Source: Flaccisagitta enflata (taxonomy: Eukaryota). From it: a DNA stretch of 64,000 bases. The notes under the pieces were generated by a model. It did not search any database, was not told the DNA's origin, and was given only the letters and a program-made list of their open reading frames with translations. Below are positions 13,256 to 24,794 of this stretch, in pieces. The position numbers and the translations under genes are program-made. Where the stretch lies: the NCBI GenBank assembly GCA_965153355.1, contig OZ231126.1, positions 46,066,001-46,130,000 of the forward strand. The letters run 5' to 3'. Each line of letters opens with the position of its first letter. The first letter of the stretch is position 1.

Positions 13256-16200
13256 TTAATCTTCACACCCTTCGAGTAAGACCAAATTCTGTATTGGTCT
13301 CTTGATTGTTTTTCCTTTGTTATCTTGAAGTGTGACAGAACGAACATGTCCATCACGACCTACATGAGTTTCCTTAACCCTAGCTAAAGGCCAAAGATGA
13401 CGTTTGAGATTTTCCTTCTTGAGAAGAACAAGAGATCCAGGAGTGATGTTTTTCGATCCTTGATGCCACTTTTGACGTGGTTGAAGGGTGGGTACGTACT
13501 CATTTACCCATCGTTTTGTCCAATTCTCCTGAAGACTTTTGAGATACTTCAGTCTCGCAGAGAATGCCGTTTTGGACGGAGGAATGTCCGGCCATGGGTC
13601 CGTCGGTTGTTGAAGAGGTCTGCCGATAAGCATCTCAGCAGGAGTAAGCGGAACTTGATCCGGGTCATCCACTATCGGTGTAAGTGGACGGGAGTTGATT
13701 TGCTCTTCAATTCGAATGATGAGCGTCGCAAGTTCCTTGTCGGTGATGAGAGATTGTCCTAAAACTTTCTTCATCGGAGTTTTGATGCTTCTCACAAGGC
13801 GTTCCCAGAAGCCTCCCCACCAAGGAGCAGCTGGTGGATTGAATTGCCAAATCACGTCAGGCAATTCCTTCGCCGCCTTTTTGAACGTTGAAGCATTATC
13901 GCTGTAGATGTTGAGAGGTTTTCCTCGTCGACAGGAAAAACGCGTGAATGCCATCAAAAATTCTTCAGTGGACTGATCATTTACAATCTCCAAATGTACA
14001 CCACGGGTTGATGCACAAGTAAAGAGGCAAATCCAACGCTTCTCCGCTTGAGAAGTTGAATCTCTCCTTGGTTTGATGAGAAGAGGTCCAGCGTAATCGA
14101 GTCCGACATGAGAGAAAGGTGGCAACGCCGTTTTCCTGAAATCTGGTAAATCAGCCATCATTTGTTGACACATTGGCTTGTTGATCCGTTTGCATGTCAT
14201 GCATGATTGTGTTTTGGCCTTCACGGTTGTCATTCCTTTGATGACGCAAAATTGCCAACGTCTGGTTTGATCCCGTATGAAGATTTGAGATGTGAACATC
14301 TCTGATGAGAAGTCGGGTGAGATGGGATTTGTTTGGAAGAATGATGATGTTTTTGTTCACTCTTCCACTCATTTTGATCAAACCATCTTCCAAGATTGGA
14401 TTGATTGGATCAATCGAGAGTTTCGTGGAATGGCACGATTCTTCTGAAGGCATTCATATTCTTCAGAGCTCTTGGCTGATGAGCTTTGCTAATGCCCTTT
14501 TCCGCTGTTTAGCAATCGAGTCATTCGCCCTCGCCCCCAAAGGGCTACAAAAGCGAATCACGTACATCATGATCCGCACCAGTTTTTCCAAAGAGCTGTA
14601 ACGTTCCAAACTGATGACAGGTTCACGAACCTGTGTGATATTGACAGCCACTTTCCTTTGTTCAATATCTGGCTTTTCCATCACAGGCTGATTCGGCCAA
14701 TCACCTGTTTTGATGAATTCAGGGCCTTCAATCCAGAGCTTGGATTGTGTTTCATCCAAAGGCCAAATTCCCCTGGATGGGATATCTGCCGGGTTATCGT
14801 CTCCAGGTACCCACATGCATTTTACGCCATGACTGCCGCATGTTCGTTGGATTTCCGCAATCCTGTTCCCAACGAAGGGTTTGTAGCGTGCTGAAGAAGA
14901 TTCGATCCAACCAAGCGCAATAGTAGAATCTGTCCACAAGAAAGTCTCAATCCCAGATTTGAAAACTTCCTCATGGAGAAAGGCAAGTAAGCGTGAGCCT
15001 AACACTGCTCCCAGCAACTCCATGCGGGGGAGTGAGACAACTTTGATAGGCTTTACTCTTGTCTTGGACATGAGAAAGCAAGAGCCTCTCTCAGAAAATG
15101 CATATGCAACAGCGGCATACGCTGATTCACTGGCATCTACAAAGATGTGAAGAACAGTAGGGTTGCCAAAAAACCGAGGAATTTCAAAGTCAACAACAGT
15201 TGCTTTTCTGAATTCTTCCACTTCACGCCTCAACTCATCAGATAGAAGCTGGTCCCAATCAGAACCTAGTTGCCATATTTTCTGCATTATCATCTTCCCT
15301 TTGCAGATAAGAGGGCTCCTGCCACCAATAGGGTCCCAGAAGGAGGCGATTTTTTGCAGAAATTCCCTCTTGGTGGTTGGAGTTTTGTCCCACTCTTTGT
15401 TGGGGACGCGGAGAGAGTCATGATTTGTATGCCACTGCAAGCCAAGAACTGCAGCTTCTTCACTATCATTAGTCCCCTCAATCATGCTCAACAACTCCTT
15501 GTTGTTGCTGTTGATTTTGTGCACTTTCATGTGCATAGACCCAAAAAAGCCTTTGATTTGAGTGAGAATATCAACACCATCATCAACTGAATCGCATCCT
15601 CCAGGCACATCGTCCATGTAGAGCTCGTTTTCGACAAATTCACAAGCTTTTGGGAATTTTTGTTGGATGTCATCACGCTGAGCGTGGTATTCACAAGTCG
15701 CCATTGACAGGAATGGAGATGAAGACTCACCGAACATAACACTCGTTTGTCGAGCTATCCCCTTGGGTGTGATGATTCGATGAAGGTCTTGTTGTTCAAC
15801 TGGTATCTTTATCTGCCAAAACATCTTTTTGACATCAGACACGAATGCAATTTTTCGTGAACGAAAGCGTAGAATTGATCCAACAATATCTGGCAATAGA
15901 TTTGGCCCAACATGTTGAGCGCTGTTCAGGGAAATGCCAAATTTACCCTTGAATGAGGCATTTTTCACAATCCTCACGGGTGTTGTTGGATGGCCTGGCC
16001 TAAGCACCAAGTGCCAAGGTAGGTAGTGGACACCTCCAGCTGGAGTGTCAGCATCAGAGACCAGTTCTAGAACACCAAGATCAAACTGTTCATCAAAAAT
16101 CTTTTGAACAGTAGCTCTTTTTTCTGGGTCATTCTTCAGGATGGCTTGCTGTTTCCAATACAGAGCTCTTGTTGGTACAAAGTTGTCTGACAACTTTTTC

Positions 16201-18812
16201 ACCTCTTCCTTGTAAGGAATTTTGACCATGTACTGCTGGTTCACATCATCATAAGTGATGGTCTTCTTGAACTCTTCATGTACCTTTTCATCAACAAGAT
16301 TTTTGATTTTGGAGTTTGGATTTGGGCATTCTTCCAATTTCCAAAATTTCTCCAAGACATTTTCCAATGCCACAACCTGTGTCAGGTTTCTTGATGTAAA
16401 GCGTGACGCATTCTGTCTTATACTACCTGATAAGACCCAACCAAACAAAGTTTGGATTGCACATGGCTCTCCTGGGTTACCAACTCTCTTGTTTCCAGTC
16501 TGTATGTGATCAGCATATTCATTGCCAATTAGCAACTCAACTTCAGTTGCATCACGTGGATAATCATCTGCAAACTGAATGTCCGCCAAATGAGGATATT
16601 CTGTGCAAGGATCAAGTCTGATTGCATCCATAGCAACTGTGAGCTTCTCTGATGGAGAGACTACCGCTTCCATCTCACAGTAACGGTTATCTTTGGTGCA
16701 AAGACTGATCTTGACCACATCATAAAGTTGAGGTGCACGGTGTTCACCTGAAAATGCTGTTGCAACAGCAAGCAGCACTCGTCTTATCACGGGCAATTTC
16801 AACATTTTTGCAGTTTTTTGCAAAATCCATGTGGTCTGAGAACCATCATCAATGACTGACCGAATTGTCAAATTTGGTCTTTCTTTCGGAACAGCTTTGA
16901 AGTTCTTCAAAACTGTCAGTCCCTCTTTCCTTTGAGGCGCATGATGAAGTGAATTACAGCAAGTTTTCATGGCTGGCAATGACTCAGGCACTTGGGATTG
17001 TTTGGAGACTGTTGTTGATGAAACAGTAAATGTTGATGTTGGAGATGCAGCCTTTGCATCATCACTCATGGGTGGTTTTCCCCAGTGCAGGAGTGTGTGG
17101 TGAGGTTTCTGGCACACTCTGCACTTGATTGGTGACTTACAAGTCTTTGGGAAATGATCTTTGGTGATTGGCATCAAACATTTTTGACAATGCTTCTTTT
17201 TGAAGATGAAATCGGACCTTTCTTTTGGTGAAAGTTTTTTGAATTTTTCGCAATTGAAAATTCTGTGATCTCTGTCACAACAGAAGCATGTCACCTCTCT
17301 ACTCGCAGTAGTGAGCATCAATGTAGTCTTTGCTCGTGTGTCTTTGCTTTTTGCATCAGTTTTTTGCTCTGATGCTGTGCCATAACATTGCAGCTTTTCA
17401 TGCAAAAAGTCCAGCAGCTTTTTTGTTGAAAATGAATCATCATCATTGATCTCCTCGCGCCATTTTTGCAAAATTTCCTTTGACATGAGTTCCTCAACAA
17501 AGGGTACTATTATCCAAGACCCATTGTCCATGTCTATGCCATACTCAGCAAGACATCTCATTGAGGTTTCCAAGGTTGTAAGGAATGGCTTGATGTTGTC
17601 GGTTTCGAATGGTTTGAGGTTCAAAATGTTTTTGACATGTGACTGTTGAACCAATCTGGGTTTTCCAAACATTTCTTTGAGAAATTTTTTGAAATGGTCA
17701 TAGTTGACATCGGTTATGTTGTACCCATCTGCCAGTTTCTTGGCTTCACCAACACAAGCATCCTTTAAGTAAAGGAGTTTTTCCACATTTGCCAAATCAG
17801 TGCGCTTGTCAATGAGAGATTCAAATGAGTTCCAAAATGCTTGGTACTCAGCTGGAGACTTCCCATAAAACTTTGGGATCTCTATTTTGGGTGTTTTTGC
17901 ATGATGGGATGTAGCTTGAGCAGCAGGGGTTGTTGGAGAAGGAGTAACATTGTTTGTTATTGAAGGATTGAGAATTTCTTCAGCTTTTGTGATGGCAGCT
18001 AGACCTTTTTCAGTCCAGCTCTCCCCTTGTTCCATATCTGCTGCCATAGCATCATCATCATAAAATGCCCAAACTTCGGCATCTTTTTTGTCCAACTCCT
18101 CCAGAGCTTTGGGGAGATTGTTTTTGGAGATTGTAATGGCATGTTTATTGCCAGAATCAACATCTTTCATCAATTTGTTGATGGCTTTTGTTATAAGGCC
18201 GCGAATTGACCTTCTTTCCAATTTTTTCGTTTCCAACAGGTCTTTCTGTGCCTGAGGAAGTTTAGATTCACAATCTGTGATAGCATCCATGGTGTGAAGA
18301 TTTGTAGGGGTGGAAAGGGGGTTATCGTTGATCTCTTCCTCTTCAGATTTAAATTCAGATTCAGAATTTGAATCTTCCGTTGAAGATAACTGGATCTCTT
18401 CCCTCTCTTCCTCACTAGGAGAGTAAGGTTCTGGATGGTAAGCTCTTTCCACAAATTCTTCACCTGCTGCAAGTGCACGTATAGCAGCAGTTGCGTAATC
18501 AACAATTTCTTTGGAATAAGTTTCTCTGAGTGATTCAGGGATAAATTTTAACTCTTTATCTCTGCAAGACTTTAATGTGTCAAGGCTTTCTGACAACAGT
18601 AATATTGAAGGACTAATAGTTACTGTTGCCGTTAATCCATCGCATTCGTTACGATTTTTATATAATTGATATTCCAAATCTTTCGTATTTTCAAAAACAT
18701 TGTCTTGAGCTAATCTCCTTCTATCAGCCAAATGATTCAATTCTTGTCTTTCTATCGTAGAAAGAGTTTTTTCCCATTCGGCAATCTTTGTTTTAGCTTG
18801 TATGAGGTCCAT
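13256..18812 (-). CDS. BEL/Pao gag-pol polyprotein (Gag with Cys/His knuckles, protease, RT, RNase H, DDE integrase); frameshifts near 14250-14465
   Basis: 1449-aa and 347-aa ORFs: PKFYG..EYQAFWNSF, CFCC..H..C, IDDGSQTT, YLPWHLV, DVKKMFWQI, LYMDD, LHIFVDAS, LPRMEL, WTDS, NPADIPSRG, GLDYAGP, YSDNAS, APWWGGFWER, INSRPL. Confidence 0.95.
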
Positions 18813-18894
18813 GTAACCGCTTGTTACTGTTAACCATGGCTAAAACAATTTTGAGATCAACTTCCACTATCAAAAATCCAACTTTGGATTATTT

Positions 18895-19260
18895 TGATAA
18901 ATCTCAACCTCTGTGAGATATAAATTGGTCTTTAGACCTTTCTTCCAATTAAGCCCGCCTGGCTTGTTTTTTATCTCAACCCTTGTGAGATATAAATATG
19001 TCAATTCTTTAAGACCTTCTTTCCAATTAAGCCCGCTTGGCTTATTTCTTTATCTCAACCCTTGTGAGATAAAACTGGTCAATACAATTGACTCAATTTA
19101 CAGACCAGATTCCCCCAGGAATTTTCAAACTGGTCAATCTCAACACCTGTGAGACTCCAAATTGGTCAAATTTACCACTTCCTATATCACCACTTCCAAA
19201 ATCACCACTTCCAAATTCACCACTTCCTAATTCACCACTTCCAAATTCACCACTTCCAAT
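18895..19260. repeat. Tandem repeats in BEL 5' UTR (~73-bp units, then 15-bp AATTCACCACTTCCA units); inverted counterpart at ~45490-45850
   Basis: Repeated TATCTCAACCCTTGTGAGATA and CACCACTTCC motifs. Confidence 0.8.
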
Positions 19261-19496
19261 TTGGGGCTCGTGAAGCACATTTTCTGTCTCCTTGGGTACT
19301 CGCAAAGTACCTTTTCTTCTTCCAAGTGGCTCGTAAAGCACACCTTTTTCGTTCTCGTTCTCCTGCAAGTGACTCGTAAAGTGCACTTGTTCCAATGTGA
19401 CCACTATAGTCCGCCTGACTATGTTCCTATGTGATCACAATAGTCCGCCTGACTATTTTTCACATCCAATTCTGGCCTGCTTGGAAGATCAAATGA

Positions 19497-19506
19497 AGGG
19501 ACGCCA
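19497..19506 (-). promoter_or_regulatory. Putative primer-binding site TGGCGTCCCT (tRNA-Asn-like); second copy at 45239-45248 (+)
   Basis: Lies immediately after the LTR end in both copies; 10 nt complementary to the 3' end of metazoan tRNA-Asn (…AGGGACGCCA) as I recall it. Confidence 0.6.
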
Positions 19507-19611
19507 TAAAATAAATGGAGGGGTTGGTTATAATGAACCTGCTGTTGATAGGATGACAAAATAATAGAAGATAAAGCTGATTGAAGATATTTGAGTTTCG
19601 AGGATTTAAAT

Positions 19612-21925
19612 TAGAGGGGTAAAACGCTAATTTGCATAATTTTGTCACATCAATTTTTCTTTTCATTTCCTGTTGTTTACATTGCTACTATTTATTTGCG
19701 GCAATTTTTGAGCCATGAGACCATATACATTGCTCTGTAAACAATGGAGAGAAAATGACACATGCACTGATTTTCCTGCCTGGCATGACATGTGAGGTAA
19801 AATGTCATTAAAAAATTCCAAAAGTGCCAAAAACTTGTTCAAATATGTTAGTTAGTGTAGAATACATAAACCTTCACAGTTTAATTCAATTTTCCATGAT
19901 CCCATGTTTGAACTTAGTGAATGACCTTCATTTCTTTTAATCAAAGACCAAGTTCTTTAAAAGTTTTTTTTTCATTTCTGGAAATGAAAATTGCACTTAA
20001 TTTACAAACAAGCTTGGTTGACGGCTACTCCAGTTGCACTCGGGTGGGAGGGTCAGTGACAGAGGTCACTGAAGCAATTGGGCAGGAGTGGTGAATGCAT
20101 AGACGCCAAAAAATGAAAAAAGCAGATGGACGGACATGGCTTGGAGTAGAGTCAAATAGCACCTGTCTAAAAAAGAGGTTAATTGCGATTCATCATTTTA
20201 GGGGCATATAGAATCACGTACTAGCAACTCTAAAAGAAGCTTTGTCTGTCTGTCCATCTGTCTGTTCCTCTGTCCATCCGTCCATCCGTAATGCATAAGT
20301 CCAAAGTGATAAAGCGCATTTGAGATGCCGAGCGTTCATGTGTGTGTGTGTGTGTGTTAGTGTGTGTATGTGTGTTAGTGTTTATGTGTTTGTGTGTAAG
20401 AGCGTAAGTGTGTGTGTGTACTGTGGAGAGTGGTTGTACGCTCCTGCTTATCCGTCTGCAACAATATTACATTGTTACTTTAAGGATCCTAAGGGGTGCT
20501 ACAGAAAAAAAGAAAGTTGCTTATTTTTAGACAGCAGACCCAAAGGGGCATATCACCTACTTAGGGATCCATAGATCCGAATTTCTCATTGCTCACCTGC
20601 ACGTAATACTCCACACTGGATTGCAATGGCTGATGAGTCAGTTTAACACTCGGGTTCTATGGAAAAAGTTGAATACCACTCCATTTTTGCCCTTTTGGGG
20701 CCCATTTTTTAAGGCTTTGGGGGTTCTTTAAAGGGCCCCTTGAGGTCTAAATCCCCCATTGTCCGATTTATTTTTCATGACCCTAGCTGTTTATGACTGA
20801 TTATTCTTTGTAACCCTAAGGGGCCACAAAACTGAAAAAATGCTTGATTTATTCCATTTTTTGAGCCATCATGAGCCTATGGGAGCCTTTAAGGGGCTCC
20901 CAGGGGTCCCGATTACCCACTATCTATTTGTGTTCCTTTCTTATCTAGGTGGCCATAACTCAAGAAATCAGTGAAACACTCGGATATCACATAGAAGAAA
21001 AAAAAAAACATTTCTCAGTTTTTACTATCAATGGACTATTTTTTTATAGCCCCAAGTGTCCTTGTAGGGGGCCCGGGTAGGTCCCAATCCCCAGTTACCC
21101 ACCTGTATCCCTCCCCTACACTAGATGCTGAAGTCTGATGGGTAAGTATAGAAATCATAAAAAAAAAATTTTTTGCTCATTTCCTCCAATTCTTAATACA
21201 TCTAGAACCTGTGAGAGCCCTATAAGAGGGCCCCTAGGGCCCTTGGGGGTCCAAAAAGCCCGTTATCCATCAATGCTTCTCCTTCTGCACTTGACCGATG
21301 GGCCAGAGATACGTCTCAGGACTTCAGAGCGGAAAAAAAGAATTTCATTCTGTTTTCCCTTATTTATGCTACTGATAGTCCCTGCTGAAAGCCAAGTCGC
21401 GTGGCGCCGCGTGACATTTAAGCTTATCCCAAAACAGATTTAGAACCCCCATGGGGTGTTTTAAAAGCCTGACCCTGAACTTTTCGAGTCCATGTAAAAA
21501 TCTGTCCATGCTGACAAGTTAAAAAATATTTGATTATTTTTGCAAATATTGCATTAAATTTTTGGAGAAAAAAACTACATACAATCATTCCCCAGTGTCA
21601 AATGAGTCTAAATCATATATGAAATACATCTGTTAACTTAGTTTGACATGATATAAAACGATTTGATTGGATACAAATTCGAAAATAGCGCTCACCTACA
21701 CTGTGTCTCGCTACATATTTTCTATACGTCTAAGCATAAATCGAAACAATACTTTTTTGTGACCATTTCACATCATTCGAATCGTCTCAGCGTCCTCGAT
21801 TTCACTGTCAAAAAATTATTTTTCATTTTCTGATCATTTTGAGCCTAAAATTGAACAACTCAACCTATGTTTTGATATAAAACAGATAGTGTAAACAAAG
21901 CTGGTTCCACGGGTTTACCCCTCTA
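19612..21925. mobile_element. Non-autonomous hAT-like DNA transposon nested in the BEL 5' LTR
   Basis: TIR TAGAGGGGTAAA / TTTACCCCTCTA; duplicated target (A)TTTAAAT; the LTR sequence resumes exactly after it. Confidence 0.85.
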
Positions 21926-22018
21926 TTTAAATCAGTTTCACTCCTTTTATTTTGCTGAGGTTATCAATTTCAAACGGGAGCAATCGGGAATTGTGATTGT
22001 AGTCGAGTTGCGGGATTC

Positions 22019-22075
<57 letters not shown>

Positions 22076-22080
<5 letters not shown>

Positions 22081-22267
22081 ATTTGATTTGATTTGATTTG
22101 TAATGCTCTAAATGTGCAATTCACACACGAACAATGAAATTGTTACAGAGCTTGTACATAGTACAACATTTTGTTTAAATAACAATAAATAGTTGATCTA
22201 AAATTCAAAATACTTCAACACAGACATTGAACAGGCAATGCCAACCAAGTTTCTCAATTATATGCAT

Positions 22268-22322
<55 letters not shown>

Positions 22323-23357
22323 GAGAGAAATAAAAGGGCTATAAGTCAGATGAACAGGCTGCGATATAAGGTAAAACATGTGTTTAAGCATAGATGGTTC
22401 ATGATAGTTACTACAGTAGTGGGATGGATAACCCATCTTGTTTACATGTGTGATTGGTAATCTGTATAAATATCAGCCGGTAGCGTTTTCACATTCACGG
22501 TTCATTGTGCCTGCGGCGTTTTTTGTATTCCACACTTTTTGCAATTTCTCTATAATTTCATTTAGCGTGTCTGCGCTTTCAGAATGCACATCATTAAAAA
22601 CAATCTTGTCTACTTGGTTGAAGTAGTTCATATCTTTAAATTTTATACAATGATTTAGGCGATGGTCTTCATCGTCGTATATATTGCAATTACTACATGT
22701 GCCAGCAATAGTCCCTCCAAAATTTTTTCCGCATTCTAGCATGCTGAATCTTGCTACGATCAACGTCTTTGTCTGCAGTTTAGTCATGTGGAGTATATTT
22801 GGGTCCGGTTTCCTTTTATAGTCTGTACAATTTATCTTTTCTATTAGGTGTTTAGTCTTAGTTTTTGGTACCGTTTGTCCTCCGTATGTTTTGTGGCACT
22901 CTTGCAAGAGTCGTTCTTTGTTTCTTATCTCTACAGCATTATTTACTTTTTGACTCCATTCAGTACTTCTGCAGAGTTTGATTTTGTCCATGTCTGTGTG
23001 TAGTTTATATTCGTCCAAGATTGAAATGATGTTTTTGACCCATCCTATTTGTTGATCTTTGAGTATCATAAATGTTTTCTTGATCCATTCGTCGTCGTTT
23101 TTTAAGAGAATCTTATGTAGGTAAATAAGTTGTATTTTGTCAATTCTTTGTTTTGTGAACAATATGCCAAATGTGTAAATTATGGCAGCTGTGGGAGTGT
23201 GTATGGGGAGTCTGAAAAGACTCTTAATTGCTCGTATTTCAGCTTTTTCTAGGCGTTCTGTCTCGCCTTTGTTTAGTACCCATGATTCTGAGTTGGTGAG
23301 AAGACTGCTTATATTCTTTTTCTCGTGCAATTCTAGAATAGTAGCGGTCTCTATCTA
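22076..23357 (-). mobile_element. 5'-truncated LINE (ORF2 C-terminal fragment, 22473-23330) inserted in the (GA)n tract of the BEL LTR
   Basis: SESWVL..ERLE..EIRAIKSLF and CxxC..DEDHRLNHC motifs; (CAAAT)n 3' tail; flanked by GA repeats on both sides. Confidence 0.8.
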
Positions 23358-24672
23358 GAGAGAGAGAGAGAGAGAGAGATTATCTCTTTTAAGTATCTAT
23401 CTGTAGTTATAACCAAACTGCAGAATTAAGCGTCTTTATTTCTACAATTTATCGACGGAGAATTGCAGAGATTCAATTTCCCTTTTTTTCACGAAAGGGA
23501 GAAATAAAAGTCCAGAGTTCTTTTCTTTACGAAGGATTTAATGTAAGTGAATCATTCCAAATTTCAATTAAACAAGAAAACATAAAATAGAAAGAAAAGT
23601 TATTACAAAAAGAAAGATTACATTTTTGTTGGCAACAATTGTTGTTCTTAGGCGGCATTGAAATAAAGACTGAATTAAAGACGAAGGCCGCCAAACTGAG
23701 AAGGCAACGTGATTCTTACGAAAAGGAGAAATTGGGAATTGACCAGTCAGAAAGGAATTTGACTTTTAAAAAGGGAGAAAGAGTACGTTGAGAAAACTTA
23801 CGAAGGACAAATTCTTAATACAGTATGAATTATCAAAAGTGCTTTTACAGAGATACAGTTTCTTTTCTCTAAATTGCTAATTGCATTTTTTATAACAAGT
23901 CATCCAAGGATTGCACATGGTCAGCGGCACCCGATGCCCTGCATGGAGTGATAGCTGAAGAAGTCGAGTGAGAGCAGGGCAGTGGCCCCAAAGGGCCGAT
24001 GTCCTGTAGGACACAGGGGTGAATTTCCATATGTCCTGAGAGGGCATATTTGGGACAGAATGAATGAGTCCCTGAACGATTTTATTTCACTTTCTGAATC
24101 CTCCGCCAGAGCGAATTTAATTCAAATGGCCGTAATGCATAAAACCCAGCCAACCCTTAGCCCTAAAGCTAACCCTGTCCCTAACCCTAACCCTAAAACT
24201 ATCCCCAACCCTAACCCTAACCCTAAACCCAACCCTAACCCTAATTTATAAACCGCTTAAAAAGTCCTAAAAACAAAAGATCACAGATGCTTGTTCATTA
24301 GTACCCATATTTGAGGCCTTTGGAGCAATTTTCCATAATATTCAATGGGAGTTTTGCATTTTTTCAATTTCTCATCAATTTGCCAGGTTATTCAATGGGA
24401 ATTTCATTTTTTTTCATTTTTCATCAATTTCCAATGCTATTCAATGGGAAGTTTACATTTTATCAATTTCCCATGTTATTCAATAGGGAAGCCGGGGGGA
24501 AGGGACGGACGGACGGAAGGACGGAAGGACGGACGTATGAAAATTCACCCCTGTGTCCTACAGGATATCGGCCCTTTGGGGCCGCTGCCCAATAAAGGAA
24601 AAACACTTATATGGTTGTGTCTATTGCTATAAAATAGGATTTAATACAACCTAAAACTTTTTTTGCGCCGCA

Positions 24673-24780
24673 CTAGGACAAGGCCAAGGAAAAAAGCATG
24701 AATGCGAACGCTTTGGTAAGGATGCGCATTTGCATCCACTCCCATATTTCATCAAATGCGTTTGCATCCTTATCCGCGTT
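24673..24780 (+). repeat. 108-bp direct repeat, copy 1 (copy 2 at 28103-28210)
   Basis: CTAGGACAAGGCC...TTATCCGCGTT; about 3 mismatches between copies. Confidence 0.9.
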
Positions 24781-24794
24781 GCGGATGCGGGTCT

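Larger units (their letters stand above)
12435..23894 (-). mobile_element. Full-length BEL/Pao LTR retrotransposon (copy A), 5' LTR interrupted by two nested insertions
   Basis: Paired LTRs at 12435-13137 and 19507-23894 (minus insertions); ACAAG on both flanks (12430-12434, 23895-23899); PBS-like TGGCGTCCCT next to the 5' LTR; gag-pol with BEL/Pao motifs. Confidence 0.95.

Noticed and set aside
24145-24245. Interstitial telomere or chromosome fusion scar
   Set aside because: Short, degenerate, and embedded in a dispersed repeat also seen at ~60330
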